DNA from: an uncultured delta proteobacterium
Lineage (GTDB): Bacteria; Myxococcota_A; Polyangia; Polyangiales; Polyangiaceae
Length of the DNA: 64,000 bases
Direction: 5' to 3'
NCBI GenBank assembly: GCA_963841435.1
Contig: CAWJCS010000001.1
Coordinates: forward strand, 192,001-256,000
In this document: in pieces, positions 29,404 through 38,424 of the stretch
Numbering within the stretch: position 1 is the first letter of the stretch
Layout: each line of letters begins with the position of its first letter
Notes under the pieces: generated by a model
Database searches by the model: none
What the model was told of the DNA's origin: nothing
Seen by the model: only the letters and a program-made list of their open reading frames with translations
Translations under genes and position numbers: made by a program

Positions 29404-31041
29404 ATGCTTCGAACGTCCGAGCTGACGACGGCGTTTCTCTTGGGGCTCGCGCTCCTGTGTCTGGCTCCGAAACCGAAGGGCAAGGCCAAGGACGACGCCG
29501 ATCCGGTGAGCCCCTCGAAGGTGTGGTCGCCCGACAACGGCGACGGCACCTACAAGAACCCCGTCCTTTACGCCGACTATTCGGATCCCGACGTGATCCG
29601 CACAGGCAGCGACTTTTACTTGGTGGCGTCGAGCTTCAGCGCCGTCCCGGGGCTGCCCATCCTGCACTCGAAGGACCTCGTGAGCTGGCAGCTCGTCGGC
29701 CACGCTCTGCCTTCGCTCGAACCGGCGCGCCTTTTCGACACGCCGCAGCACGGCCAAGGCGTGTGGGCGCCGACGCTGCGCGAGCACGCCGGTACCTTCT
29801 ACATTTACTACTCGGATCCGGACGTCGGCATCATGATGACGAGCGCCAAGGACCCGCGCGGCCCCTGGGCCAAGCCCGTCGTCGTGAAGGCCGCGCGCGG
29901 GTGGATCGATCCGTGTCCGTTCTGGGACGACGATGGCAAGGCGTATCTCGTGAACGCCTTTGCGTCGAGTCGCGCGGGCCTGAAGAGCGTGCTCGTCGTG
30001 AGCCGCATGAGCCCCGACGGCACCACGTTGCTCGATGACGGCGTGCTCGCCTTCGACGGCCACGATCGCCACCCCACGATCGAAGGGCCGAAGCTCCACA
30101 AGCGAAACGGCTACTATTACATCTCGGCCCCGGCCGGCGGCGTGCCGTCGGGCTGGCAGGTCGTGCTGCGCTCGCGCACCGTCTACGGGCCCTACGAGGA
30201 CAAGGTAGTGCTCGCACAGGGCAAGAGCGCCGTGAACGGCCCGCACCAGGGCGGCTGGGTCGAGACGGCGAAGGGCCAGTTCTGGTTTTTGCATTTTCAG
30301 GATCGCGGCGCCTACGGCCGCGTCGTCCACCTCGAGCCGATGAAGTGGGTGGATGACTGGCCCGTGATCGGCGACGGCGGCGAGCCCGTGGTCAGCTACA
30401 AGAAGCCGGATGTCGGTCGTGTGTCGGTGCCGCCCACCAACCCGCTCGAGTCCGACGAGTTCAACGGCACGGCACTGGGGCTGCAGTGGCAGTGGGAATC
30501 CAACCCGCAGCCGGGTTGGTTCTTTCCGGTGCCGGGTGCCGGCGTCGCGCGGCTCGCGTGTGTGGCGTTGCCGCGCGCGGCGCGCAATCTCTGGGACGCC
30601 GGTAGCTTGCTGCTGCAGAAGTTTCCGGGGCCGGCCTTCACGGCGACGGCGCGTGTCACGTTCCACGCGCTCAACGAGGGCGACCGTACGGGCCTGGTCG
30701 TGATGGGAACGAGCTACGCCGTGCTCGCGCTCGAGCGCCGCAGTGGAAGCCTCGTCGTGACCGAGCGCGTGGCCGAGGGGGCGGCGACGGGCGGCGGCGA
30801 GCGCGAGCTTGCGTCGGCCACGCTGCGCGGTACGAGCGCGCTCTTGCGGGCGCGCGTGTCCGCGGGCGGTCGTACCGAGCTCTCGTATGGGACGGACAGC
30901 ACGCGCTTCACGCCGCTCGGCGAGCCGTTCGTCGCTCAGCCAGGTCGCTGGGTCGGCGCCAAGATCGGGCTGTTTGCGCAGCGGGGTGTCTCGGGACGTG
31001 AAGCCGGCTACGCGGACTACGATTGGTTTCGCGTCGAATAG
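29404..31041 (+). CDS. Secreted glycoside hydrolase family 43 (beta-xylosidase-like)
   Basis: Signal peptide; NPVLYADYSDPDV, WAP, IDP, IEGP, HQGG; C-terminal beta-sandwich. Confidence 0.93.
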   Translation: MLRTSELTTAFLLGLALLCLAPKPKGKAKDDADPVSPSKVWSPDNGDGTYKNPVLYADYSDPDVIRTGSDFYLVASSFSAVPGLPILHSKDLVSWQLVGHALPSLEPARLFDTPQHGQGVWAPTLREHAGTFYIYYSDPDVGIMMTSAKDPRGPWAKPVVVKAARGWIDPCPFWDDDGKAYLVNAFASSRAGLKSVLVVSRMSPDGTTLLDDGVLAFDGHDRHPTIEGPKLHKRNGYYYISAPAGGVPSGWQVVLRSRTVYGPYEDKVVLAQGKSAVNGPHQGGWVETAKGQFWFLHFQDRGAYGRVVHLEPMKWVDDWPVIGDGGEPVVSYKKPDVGRVSVPPTNPLESDEFNGTALGLQWQWESNPQPGWFFPVPGAGVARLACVALPRAARNLWDAGSLLLQKFPGPAFTATARVTFHALNEGDRTGLVVMGTSYAVLALERRSGSLVVTERVAEGAATGGGERELASATLRGTSALLRARVSAGGRTELSYGTDSTRFTPLGEPFVAQPGRWVGAKIGLFAQRGVSGREAGYADYDWFRVE

Positions 31042-31088
31042 CGCGCGCGAGCCCGTGAACGCGGGGGCTTCTGGGTCAGCACAGCTTG

Positions 31089-31105
31089 TCCCCACAGTGT
31101 GGGGA
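31089..31105. promoter_or_regulatory. Inverted repeat TCCCCAC-AGT-GTGGGGA, candidate operator or hairpin
   Basis: Perfect 7-bp arms between the GH43 and DUF4388 genes. Confidence 0.35.
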
Positions 31106-31275
31106 ACTCGCCTACAGCCGCGCCCAATCGTTGCAAAACGTCTCAGTGACGGTACCGAATCGGGCTCGGGAGCGCGTCGAGGCACTTACGTAAAGCTCGA
31201 CACGACGAGCCGCAAATCGCTCGAAACCTCGCCGAAGCTTGGACACTGCTGCCATAAAGCTCCGTGACCAGTGCC

Positions 31276-32061
31276 ATGAAAGATCCTCTCGGATCGGGGT
31301 CGGGTGCGCCGCTATCGCATGGCTTTCGCGCGAACCTCACCGCGAGCCTCGCCGATCTCGTGCAGATGGAGTGCCTCGCGCGCTCGACGCAGGTGATCCG
31401 CGTCATCTCGGGGGGCGATGTCGGGTACCTGTATTTCCAGGCCGGTCAGATCGTCCACGCCATGAGCTCGAGCTCCGTTGGCGAGGCCGCCGCGCTCGAG
31501 ATCCTGCGCTGGGAGCAGGGGTCGTTCGAGCCGTGCAGCGCCGGTTGGACGTCGGCCCCCACCATCTCCAGGTCCTGGCAGGCGCTGCTCATGCAAGCGG
31601 CTGCCGAAAGCGACGAGGCGCGTCGGGACAGCCAGCGCAACAACACCGTTGTGAACTTTCCGCGCGAGAAAGCCGTGGGTTCGACCATGCCTGAGAAGTC
31701 CCCGCCGACCCTGTCGAACCATCCGCGCACCACCGTGACGTCCTCGCAGAGCCCTCCGAGCGTCCAACCGTCCTCAACCCCGACCGGGCGCGGGATCGAT
31801 CGCGCGGTTCGCCTCGACGCCGAGGGCAAGGTGGTCTCCGCTCGTGGTGACGCCGAAGAGCTCGCCTCGGTGACGGCCTACGCGACGCGGCTCGCCGCGC
31901 TCGTCGGCGAGCGGCTCGGTATGGAGGAGCTTCGCGCCGTCGAGTGCCTGACAGCCACGACTCGGCGGCTGTTCTACGTCGAAAAGAGCGGCAACCTCAT
32001 CGGTCTCGAGGCGGCCATCAACGTCGACCTCGGCCCGCTGCGCGAGAAGCTAGGGCTCTGA
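31276..32061 (+). CDS. DUF4388-domain protein with C-terminal roadblock-like domain
   Basis: SLADLVQM..GYLYFQAGQIVHA..GEAAALEILRWEQGSF..ALLMQAA..DE. Confidence 0.85.
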   Translation: MKDPLGSGSGAPLSHGFRANLTASLADLVQMECLARSTQVIRVISGGDVGYLYFQAGQIVHAMSSSSVGEAAALEILRWEQGSFEPCSAGWTSAPTISRSWQALLMQAAAESDEARRDSQRNNTVVNFPREKAVGSTMPEKSPPTLSNHPRTTVTSSQSPPSVQPSSTPTGRGIDRAVRLDAEGKVVSARGDAEELASVTAYATRLAALVGERLGMEELRAVECLTATTRRLFYVEKSGNLIGLEAAINVDLGPLREKLGL

Positions 32062-32549
32062 TGATGACGGCCCCCGCGCTCGTCGGCCTGCGCGACGTGG
32101 ATGATGTGCACGGCAGCTTCCTGCTCGGCTGGGGTGGCGAGCTGCTCGGTCGCGACCTTCCCGCGGTCTTTCGTGACGAGCTGTTCTCCGACGTGGGTCC
32201 GCGCCTCGCGCGCCTCCGGGAGACGCTCGAGACGAACGGTCAGGTCGTGGGGACGCTGGTCTTGCGTTTTTCGGAGCACAAGCTCCACGTACGGGCCGTG
32301 GGCGAACGCTTGCTCTGTGTCATCACGGGAGCGAAGGTGAACGCTCCGGCGCTGCGCATGGCGATGAATCTCGTGGCGCGGCACGTGGAGTTGACGCCGC
32401 AGCCGCCGACCGTGCGGCCCGGACACTCGCGCGGGCCCGCAGCGCAGCGCCCGGGCGCCCCGGCGCCGGGGCCGACGTTGCCCTCCGCGTCACCGCCGGT
32501 GGTTGGCCACCGGCGCGAAGTGCTCTACCGCGGGCGCCGCCCCGGCTAG
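32061..32549 (+). CDS. Roadblock/LC7 (MglB-like) protein
   Basis: TGATG overlap; LRDVDDVHGSFLL..GELL..LP..; LRFSEHKL..LCVI..NAPALRMAMN. Confidence 0.7.
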   Translation: MMTAPALVGLRDVDDVHGSFLLGWGGELLGRDLPAVFRDELFSDVGPRLARLRETLETNGQVVGTLVLRFSEHKLHVRAVGERLLCVITGAKVNAPALRMAMNLVARHVELTPQPPTVRPGHSRGPAAQRPGAPAPGPTLPSASPPVVGHRREVLYRGRRPG

Positions 32550-32563
32550 AACGACGCCGCGGC

Positions 32564-34015
32564 TCAGCGCACGAGGCGCGGCGAGCCGTAGCCTGCGGCG
32601 ACGTGAGGCTCGTCGGCTGCCGGTAGCTCGGGCAGTCCCAGCATCTCGCGCGAGTAGCCCTCGATGCCCATCTCGGGCACGTCGAGGCCGCCGGGCTCGT
32701 CATCCGGGTGCACGCGGTTTCCGACCATGCGACCCACGATCGCGAGCGATGCGAGCGTGACGAGGCCGACGTACGTGAGGTTCGCGACGACCCCCACGCA
32801 TTCGGCCGCGAGCTGCTGCGCGTCGCCGTAGAAGAGCCCCCTCACCCCCCCCGCAACTCCGTTGAGCCCCTCGCCGTAGCTGCCGTTCGCGAACAGGCCG
32901 AGGGCCACAACGCCCCAGATCCCGTTTACGCCGTGGACGGCCACCGCGCCCACGGGGTCGTCGACCCCGAGGCGTTCCTCGACGAAGCGCGCGGCGAGCA
33001 CGACGAGCACGCCGGCGATGGCGCCGATGAGCACCGCAGCGGGGGCGCTCACGAACGCGCAGGGCGCCGTGATGGCGACCAGGCCCGCCAGCATGCCGTT
33101 GCACATCATCGTCACGTCGGGTGCGCCCCAGCTGCGCCAGACGTAGAGACAGGCGGCGGCCGCGCCCGCTCCCGACGCGAGCATCGTGTTCGTGGCGATG
33201 ACGGCGATGCGCGTGTCCATGCCGGCGAGCGACGAGCCGGCGTTGAAGCCGAACCAGCCGAACGCGAGGATGAACGTGCCGATGACGGCCATCGGAACGT
33301 TGTGCCCGGGGATGGCGCGTGGCGTTCCGTCGGGGGCGAACTTGCCGGCGCGCGGCCCGAGCACGCGGGCGCCCACGAGCGCCGCGACGCCGCCCGTCAG
33401 GTGCACGACCGAGCTGCCCGCGAAGTCAACGTGCCCGTGGCCGAGGCCGAACTCTTTGCCGAGCGTCGACAGCCAGCCGCCGCCCCACACCCAGTTCGCG
33501 TAGACCGGGTAGATGATGGTGCCCATCAGCAAGCTGAAGAGGCAAAACGAGGCGAATTTCCAGCGCTCGGCCATGGCCCCCGTCGGGATGGTCGCCGCGG
33601 TGTCCATGAACACCATCTGGAAGAGGAACAGCGCGGCGACGCCGGGCGTGTAGACGTTCGCCGTGAGGAAGAAGCCGTCGGTGCCGAAGAGTCCGAAGTC
33701 GTGCCCGCCGAGGCTAACCGTGTACTCGTGCGCGAGCGAGGCGTCGCCGCCCAGCGTGCCGAGCGCTCCCACGCCGCCCATCTGCAGCGCGAACCCCATC
33801 ACCCAAAACCCGAGCATGCCGAGCGAATAAACGAGGAAGTTCATGCCCATGGTGTGGGCGACGTTCTTCGCTCGCGTGAGGCCGGTCTCGACCAGGGCGA
33901 AACCTGCCTGCATCAGCATCACCAGAAAACCCGTCATCAGGGTCCAGACGATGTTGATGGCCGTTTCGGTGTCTGCGAGGCGCGCCGTGAGTGCGGCCGT
34001 GGCATCGGGGCTCAT
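32564..34015 (-). CDS. amt: Ammonium transporter
   Basis: MQAGFALVETG, GAMAER, DFAGSSVVH, FGWFGFNAGS, LAGLVAIT, DDPVGAVAVHG. Confidence 0.95.
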   Translation of the reverse strand: MSPDATAALTARLADTETAINIVWTLMTGFLVMLMQAGFALVETGLTRAKNVAHTMGMNFLVYSLGMLGFWVMGFALQMGGVGALGTLGGDASLAHEYTVSLGGHDFGLFGTDGFFLTANVYTPGVAALFLFQMVFMDTAATIPTGAMAERWKFASFCLFSLLMGTIIYPVYANWVWGGGWLSTLGKEFGLGHGHVDFAGSSVVHLTGGVAALVGARVLGPRAGKFAPDGTPRAIPGHNVPMAVIGTFILAFGWFGFNAGSSLAGMDTRIAVIATNTMLASGAGAAAACLYVWRSWGAPDVTMMCNGMLAGLVAITAPCAFVSAPAAVLIGAIAGVLVVLAARFVEERLGVDDPVGAVAVHGVNGIWGVVALGLFANGSYGEGLNGVAGGVRGLFYGDAQQLAAECVGVVANLTYVGLVTLASLAIVGRMVGNRVHPDDEPGGLDVPEMGIEGYSREMLGLPELPAADEPHVAAGYGSPRLVR

Positions 34016-34202
34016 CGACTTCGATCGTAGTTCCCGAGCACATTTCGTCCGGATGTCGGGCAAGCTTCGGCACCCTCGTCCGCGCGCGAGGGCACGCCCC
34101 GGACGCGGCAGCCGCGTGACGTGGCGGCGACGCCGGGGCACGGATTTCTGCGTGTGCACGGGCCCGGTGGTCGGCCGGAGCGCCCTCCGCTACGTTCTGG
34201 CC

Positions 34203-35330
34203 GTGACCAGCCATCGTCCGCCGCTTCGCGTGGCCGTGCTCTTCGGTGGGCGGTCCGCCGAGCACGAGATCTCGCTGCTCTCGGCTCGCTTCGTCCTCGA
34301 ATCGCTCGATAAGGAGCGCTACCTTCCCGTGCTCATCGGCATCGACAAAGCCGGCCGCTGGTCGCTCCAGGACTCGAGCGTGCTCCTTGCCGCGTCCAGC
34401 GATCCGCGCAGCGTTGGCCTCGCGGCGGAGCAGCCTGGCGTCCTCATGCCGCCTCATCCGGGCGCGGGGCTGGTCTCGAGCGGTCACGGCGGCGTCACGG
34501 GTAAGCTCGGCGCCGTCAACGTCGTGTTCCCCGTGCTGCACGGACCGTATGGTGAGGATGGCACCGTCCAGGGTCTGCTCGAGCTCGCGGGCGTACCCTA
34601 CGTCGGCTCCGGCGTGCTCGGCTCCGCCGTGGGCATGGACAAGGACGTGATGAAGCGCCTGCTCGCAGCGGCAGGTCTACCGATTCTACCGTACCGCACC
34701 GTGCGTCGCGCGCGCTGGATGCACGAGCGCGACGGCCTGCTCGAGGGGATGAAGGGCCTGGCGCTGCCCCTCTTCGTCAAGCCGGCGAACCTCGGCTCCT
34801 CCGTGGGCGTGAAGCGTGTCTCCGAGATCGGAGAGCTCGGGCCGGCCGTCGATCATGCTTTCCAGTTCGACGAGAAGGTGGTGATAGAGCAGGGGCTCGC
34901 ACGGCCGCGCGAGATCGAGTGTGCGGTGCTCGGCGGCGACCCGCCGTTCGCGTCCGTGCCGGGCGAGATCATCATCGAGCACGCGGACGGCTTCTATTCC
35001 TACGCGGCCAAGTACCTCGATGCCGGCGGCGCCATGACGCGCGTGCCGGCGCCTCTCAGCGACGCCCAGACGAAGGACGCGAACCAGCTCGCGCTCGCGG
35101 CGTTCGCCGCGCTCGAGGCGGAAGGGCTCGCCCGTGTCGATCTGTTCCTCGATGCCAAGGGCCGCTTCTTCATCAACGAGATCAACACGATGCCCGGGTT
35201 CACGGCGATCTCGATGTTCCCGAAGCTGATGGAAGCGAGCGGGATCGGTCCGCGCGAGCTCGTGACGCGCCTCATCGAGGAAGCGTTTGCGCGCGCCGAG
35301 CGGCGCCACGCCCTCAGAACCACCGTCTGA
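34203..35330 (+). CDS. ddl: D-alanine--D-alanine ligase
   Basis: FGGRSAEHEIS, LHGPYGEDGTVQG, KPANLGSSVG, YSYAAKY, EINTMPGFT. Confidence 0.95.
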   Translation: MTSHRPPLRVAVLFGGRSAEHEISLLSARFVLESLDKERYLPVLIGIDKAGRWSLQDSSVLLAASSDPRSVGLAAEQPGVLMPPHPGAGLVSSGHGGVTGKLGAVNVVFPVLHGPYGEDGTVQGLLELAGVPYVGSGVLGSAVGMDKDVMKRLLAAAGLPILPYRTVRRARWMHERDGLLEGMKGLALPLFVKPANLGSSVGVKRVSEIGELGPAVDHAFQFDEKVVIEQGLARPREIECAVLGGDPPFASVPGEIIIEHADGFYSYAAKYLDAGGAMTRVPAPLSDAQTKDANQLALAAFAALEAEGLARVDLFLDAKGRFFINEINTMPGFTAISMFPKLMEASGIGPRELVTRLIEEAFARAERRHALRTTV

Positions 35331-35377
35331 GTCAGGCCCCCGCTGGTCCGTTTGCCGGGCTCGAGACACTGACCAAC

Positions 35378-36259
35378 ATGAGACTTTTCACGGTCCCCGT
35401 GGCCGCCTCGGTCGGACTCTTGCTTTGCCTCTCCTGCGGTGACGATTCGACCGTGCTCGGGACGCGCTCCAGCGGGGGCAGCGCCGGGACCGGCGGAGCG
35501 GGCGGCACCGTCAGCGGCAGCGCGGGCACCGCTGGGGCGTCGGCGAGCAGCGGCAGCTCCGGCAAGGGAGGCAGCTCCGGCGGGAAGGCGGGTGGCGGCG
35601 GCTCGGGCGGCGCGGGTGCTTCGGGCGGTGCCGGGGGTTCGAGCGGCGCGGGCACGGGTGGCGCGTCAGCGTCGGGCGGCACGGCGGCATCGGGCGGCAC
35701 GGCGGCATCGGGCGGCGATGCGGGTGGCACCGCGGGCGGCTCGGCGAGCTCGGGTGCAGCCGGCGACACGGGTGGCGACGCTGGCGCGTCGGGGAATGCC
35801 TGCGGAGCGTCCGGGCAGTGCGATCTCGTGGCCACGAACTGCTGCGGCTACTGCCAGGAAACGCCCGTCTCCGGTTTCACGGCCGTCGCCAACGAGCACT
35901 ACGTCAACTACCTCACGACGAACTGCGCCAACCCAGCGTGCGCGCCGTGTCCCGTGATCGAGTTTCCGCACTATGCCGGCGTCTGTCGCATGGGTGACTG
36001 CACCGCCGTCAACGTGCGCGAGGACGAGCTCAGCGCCTGCGCGACCGACGACGACTGTCGGCTTCGCTGGGGCAGCGGATGCTGCGAGGCTTGCAGCGCG
36101 TCCGATCCGTCCGAACTCACGGCGTTCAGCACGAACGTGAACGTTGGGGCAGCGCTCTGCGGGACGCTTCTTCCCCCCTGCTGTGGGCCCTCTCCATATC
36201 CGTCGAGCGCGTCCGCCGTCTGCACGGACGGTCACTGCGCCGTCCAAATCGCTCCGTGA
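35378..36259 (+). CDS. Gly-rich, Cys-rich lipoprotein
   Basis: Lipobox LCLSC; GS-rich linker; two Cys-rich repeats (CCGYC, DCRLR..CCEAC). Confidence 0.75.
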   Translation: MRLFTVPVAASVGLLLCLSCGDDSTVLGTRSSGGSAGTGGAGGTVSGSAGTAGASASSGSSGKGGSSGGKAGGGGSGGAGASGGAGGSSGAGTGGASASGGTAASGGTAASGGDAGGTAGGSASSGAAGDTGGDAGASGNACGASGQCDLVATNCCGYCQETPVSGFTAVANEHYVNYLTTNCANPACAPCPVIEFPHYAGVCRMGDCTAVNVREDELSACATDDDCRLRWGSGCCEACSASDPSELTAFSTNVNVGAALCGTLLPPCCGPSPYPSSASAVCTDGHCAVQIAP

Positions 36260-36310
36260 GCGCCGGTGCCGGCGGGCCCCGTCGCTAGAGCGAGCAGGGC
36301 CGCACGGCGA

Positions 36311-37081
36311 TCATGGCGTCGCCGCGGTGGGAGGCCACGCGATCGGCGTCTCCCTGCCGGTTGCACGGTCGAGCAAAAGCGCGCGACGTACGCGGGGCGT
36401 GTCGGGCACGAGCACGGTCGTTTCGAGCTTCGTCTTCGCGAACGACGGTGGCTCGTGGATGGGACGGCGCTTGGGAGGGCTCGGCTCCTCGGCAGCGAGC
36501 AACGGAAAGTCGAAGCGCACGCGATCGATGAGCTCCTGGCCGACCCAGAGCTCGACGGCGAAGCGGCCCATCTTGCGCGCGGTCACGACCGGGTTCGGGA
36601 ACTCGACGGCGCGGGCCGAGGCAAGCCGCACGGCTTCGTTTTCCCAGACGAGCGACAGCTCGTACTGGCGCTTTGAGCGCAGGGGCACCGGATCGGGTGG
36701 CTCTCCGGCGCGGCTCTTCGACGCCGGCGCGGGGGCCGCCGCGGCGGCGCTCTGAGCGGGGGGTGTGTCCGGAGTGGGCGGTGTGCCCGGAGCCGGCGCT
36801 CCGCTCGCTGCCGCAGCGGTGCCGGATGCGGCGGCCGCGGGTGCAGGCGTCGCGTCGCCGCCCGCGGCAGCGGATGTCGCCGGAGCCCCCGGGACGTCGG
36901 CGGGAGCGCCGTCGCCGTGTCCCTCCGCGAAGTGCACGGGGAAGACGACGCCCGGGGTGGCTTCCGTCTGCAGCGGCGCGCGAGCGGGCTCGCAGCCCAT
37001 GGTCGCGACGACGAGGAGCACGCCGAGGCGGCGAGCGAGACCCGTGCTACTCCGCGGCTTCGCGCAGCGGGGCGCCGTCAC
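36311..37081 (-). CDS. Hypothetical lipoprotein
   Basis: LLVVATMGC lipobox-like; Ala/Pro linker; globular end RKMGRFAVELW..DRVRFDFPLL. Start uncertain. Confidence 0.6.
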   Translation of the reverse strand: MTAPRCAKPRSSTGLARRLGVLLVVATMGCEPARAPLQTEATPGVVFPVHFAEGHGDGAPADVPGAPATSAAAGGDATPAPAAAASGTAAAASGAPAPGTPPTPDTPPAQSAAAAAPAPASKSRAGEPPDPVPLRSKRQYELSLVWENEAVRLASARAVEFPNPVVTARKMGRFAVELWVGQELIDRVRFDFPLLAAEEPSPPKRRPIHEPPSFAKTKLETTVLVPDTPRVRRALLLDRATGRETPIAWPPTAATP

Positions 37082-37985
37082 CGCCGAGAGCCAGCCACGC
37101 GCTCTCGAAGTCGCGCGGCAGTGACGCGCGGACGCACACTGCCTCGGTGCCCAACGGGAGCTCGATTCTCTCTGCATGCAAGAAGACCCGCCCGAGGCCT
37201 AGCACGCGGCCGCCGTCGAGGCGGAGGCGCCGCGGGCCGCCGTAGGCCGGATCGCCGAGCAGCGGCACACCGGCGTGCGCCGCGTGTGCGCGGAGCTGAT
37301 GGGTCCGACCCGTCGTCGGGGTGAGCCGGACGAGCGCTGGTCGAGAGCGCTCGTCGGTGCGCCCGTCGAGCAGGGCTGGCGCGGCGCTGGCGAGCGTTTC
37401 GTAGGCCGTTTCGGCCGCGCGGGCGTCTCGCCCACCCACTTCGAAGCGACCCCGGGCGCCGCGACCGATCGGCGCCGACCAGCAGCCGACGCCCGGCTCC
37501 GGGGCACGGATCGTGAGCGCGAGGTAGCGCCGTCGGAAGCGGCCGGCGGCCCGTAGCTCGCCGATGCGCCGTCGCGCCGACTCGGTGGTCGCGAACGTGA
37601 CGACGCCGCTCACGCCAACGTCGAGCCGCGACAGCGCGTGGAGCGCCGAGATGGGCAGCCCGCGCGCCGCCGCCAGCCGGCCGAGGACACTCGCGCCGCT
37701 TCCCGCATGGTCGGGCTCGGTGGCGACGCCTGGCGGCTTGTCGATGAACACGAGGCCATCCCGCTCGAGCAAGATCGGCAGCGCCTCGGGCTCGACGCGT
37801 GCGGCGAAGATCTCGACGACGCTGCCGCTCTCGACCACGCGATCGACCTCGACGCGCTCGGCGTTGACGAACAGCCGCCCTTCGTCGAGGGCCGTGGTGG
37901 CACTGCCCCCGAAACGCGCGCAGAGCTCGGCGAGGGCGGCGGTCGAGCCCGCGGGGACGACGAAGCGCACGACGGGCTGCTTCAT
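37047..37985 (-). CDS. RluA-family pseudouridine synthase
   Basis: IDKPPG, SRLDVGVSGV (catalytic Asp), TGRTHQLRAH, LGDPAYG, FLHA. Confidence 0.9.
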   Translation of the reverse strand: MKQPVVRFVVPAGSTAALAELCARFGGSATTALDEGRLFVNAERVEVDRVVESGSVVEIFAARVEPEALPILLERDGLVFIDKPPGVATEPDHAGSGASVLGRLAAARGLPISALHALSRLDVGVSGVVTFATTESARRRIGELRAAGRFRRRYLALTIRAPEPGVGCWSAPIGRGARGRFEVGGRDARAAETAYETLASAAPALLDGRTDERSRPALVRLTPTTGRTHQLRAHAAHAGVPLLGDPAYGGPRRLRLDGGRVLGLGRVFLHAERIELPLGTEAVCVRASLPRDFESAWLALGGDGAPLREAAE

Positions 37986-38026
37986 CCGCGCGTCGCTTCA
38001 TCCGCGCGTCGCTTCATCCGCGCGTC
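37979..38026. repeat. Perfect tandem repeat, 16 bp x3 (GCTTCATCCGCGCGTC)
   Basis: Read directly; spans the junction between the upstream stop and the RluA-family start. Confidence 0.97.
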
Positions 38027-38357
38027 AAGTCGTGGCAGCTTCGGGGGTCTTTCCCGTCGCGCGGCGCACCAGCTCGACGAGCACCGGATCACTTGCGAGC
38101 TCGGCTTTGAGCGTCTCCTTCACGCTATCGAGCTGCTCGGCGCTCACACGCCCCGCAAGATGCGCGGTCGCTTCGCTGACGCGCGCGTCGAGGTACTGCT
38201 CGAGGCCGATCTCTCCGCGCTCGAGCCGATCGAGCGCGCCGCTCGGCTCCACCCCGGCCGTTTCGCCGACGCTAAAGCCGGTGTCGCCGCCGCCGCTCGG
38301 CGGCGTGCTCGAGGGCGGCACGCTGGGAGGCGCCTTGCCGATGCCGTCGATGCCCAT
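38025..38357 (-). CDS. Small hypothetical protein, disordered N-terminus plus helical bundle
   Basis: MGIDGIGK start, Pro/Ser/Gly tract, amphipathic helices; coding-like codon pattern. Confidence 0.75.
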   Translation of the reverse strand: MGIDGIGKAPPSVPPSSTPPSGGGDTGFSVGETAGVEPSGALDRLERGEIGLEQYLDARVSEATAHLAGRVSAEQLDSVKETLKAELASDPVLVELVRRATGKTPEAATT

Positions 38358-38424
38358 GACGAAATCCTACGCCGTTCGGGGGCGCGCTGCTACCCGGCCG
38401 AAAAAGGGGCGGGCTCTCGCGCGC

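Noticed and set aside
31086-31105. DnaA boxes / replication origin
   Set aside because: TTGTCCCCACA only loosely resembles TTATCCACA; no box cluster, AT-rich unwinding element or dnaA nearby.
34040-34160. Sigma-54 promoter for amt or ddl
   Set aside because: The GG..GC candidates have 11-base spacing rather than the required 10.
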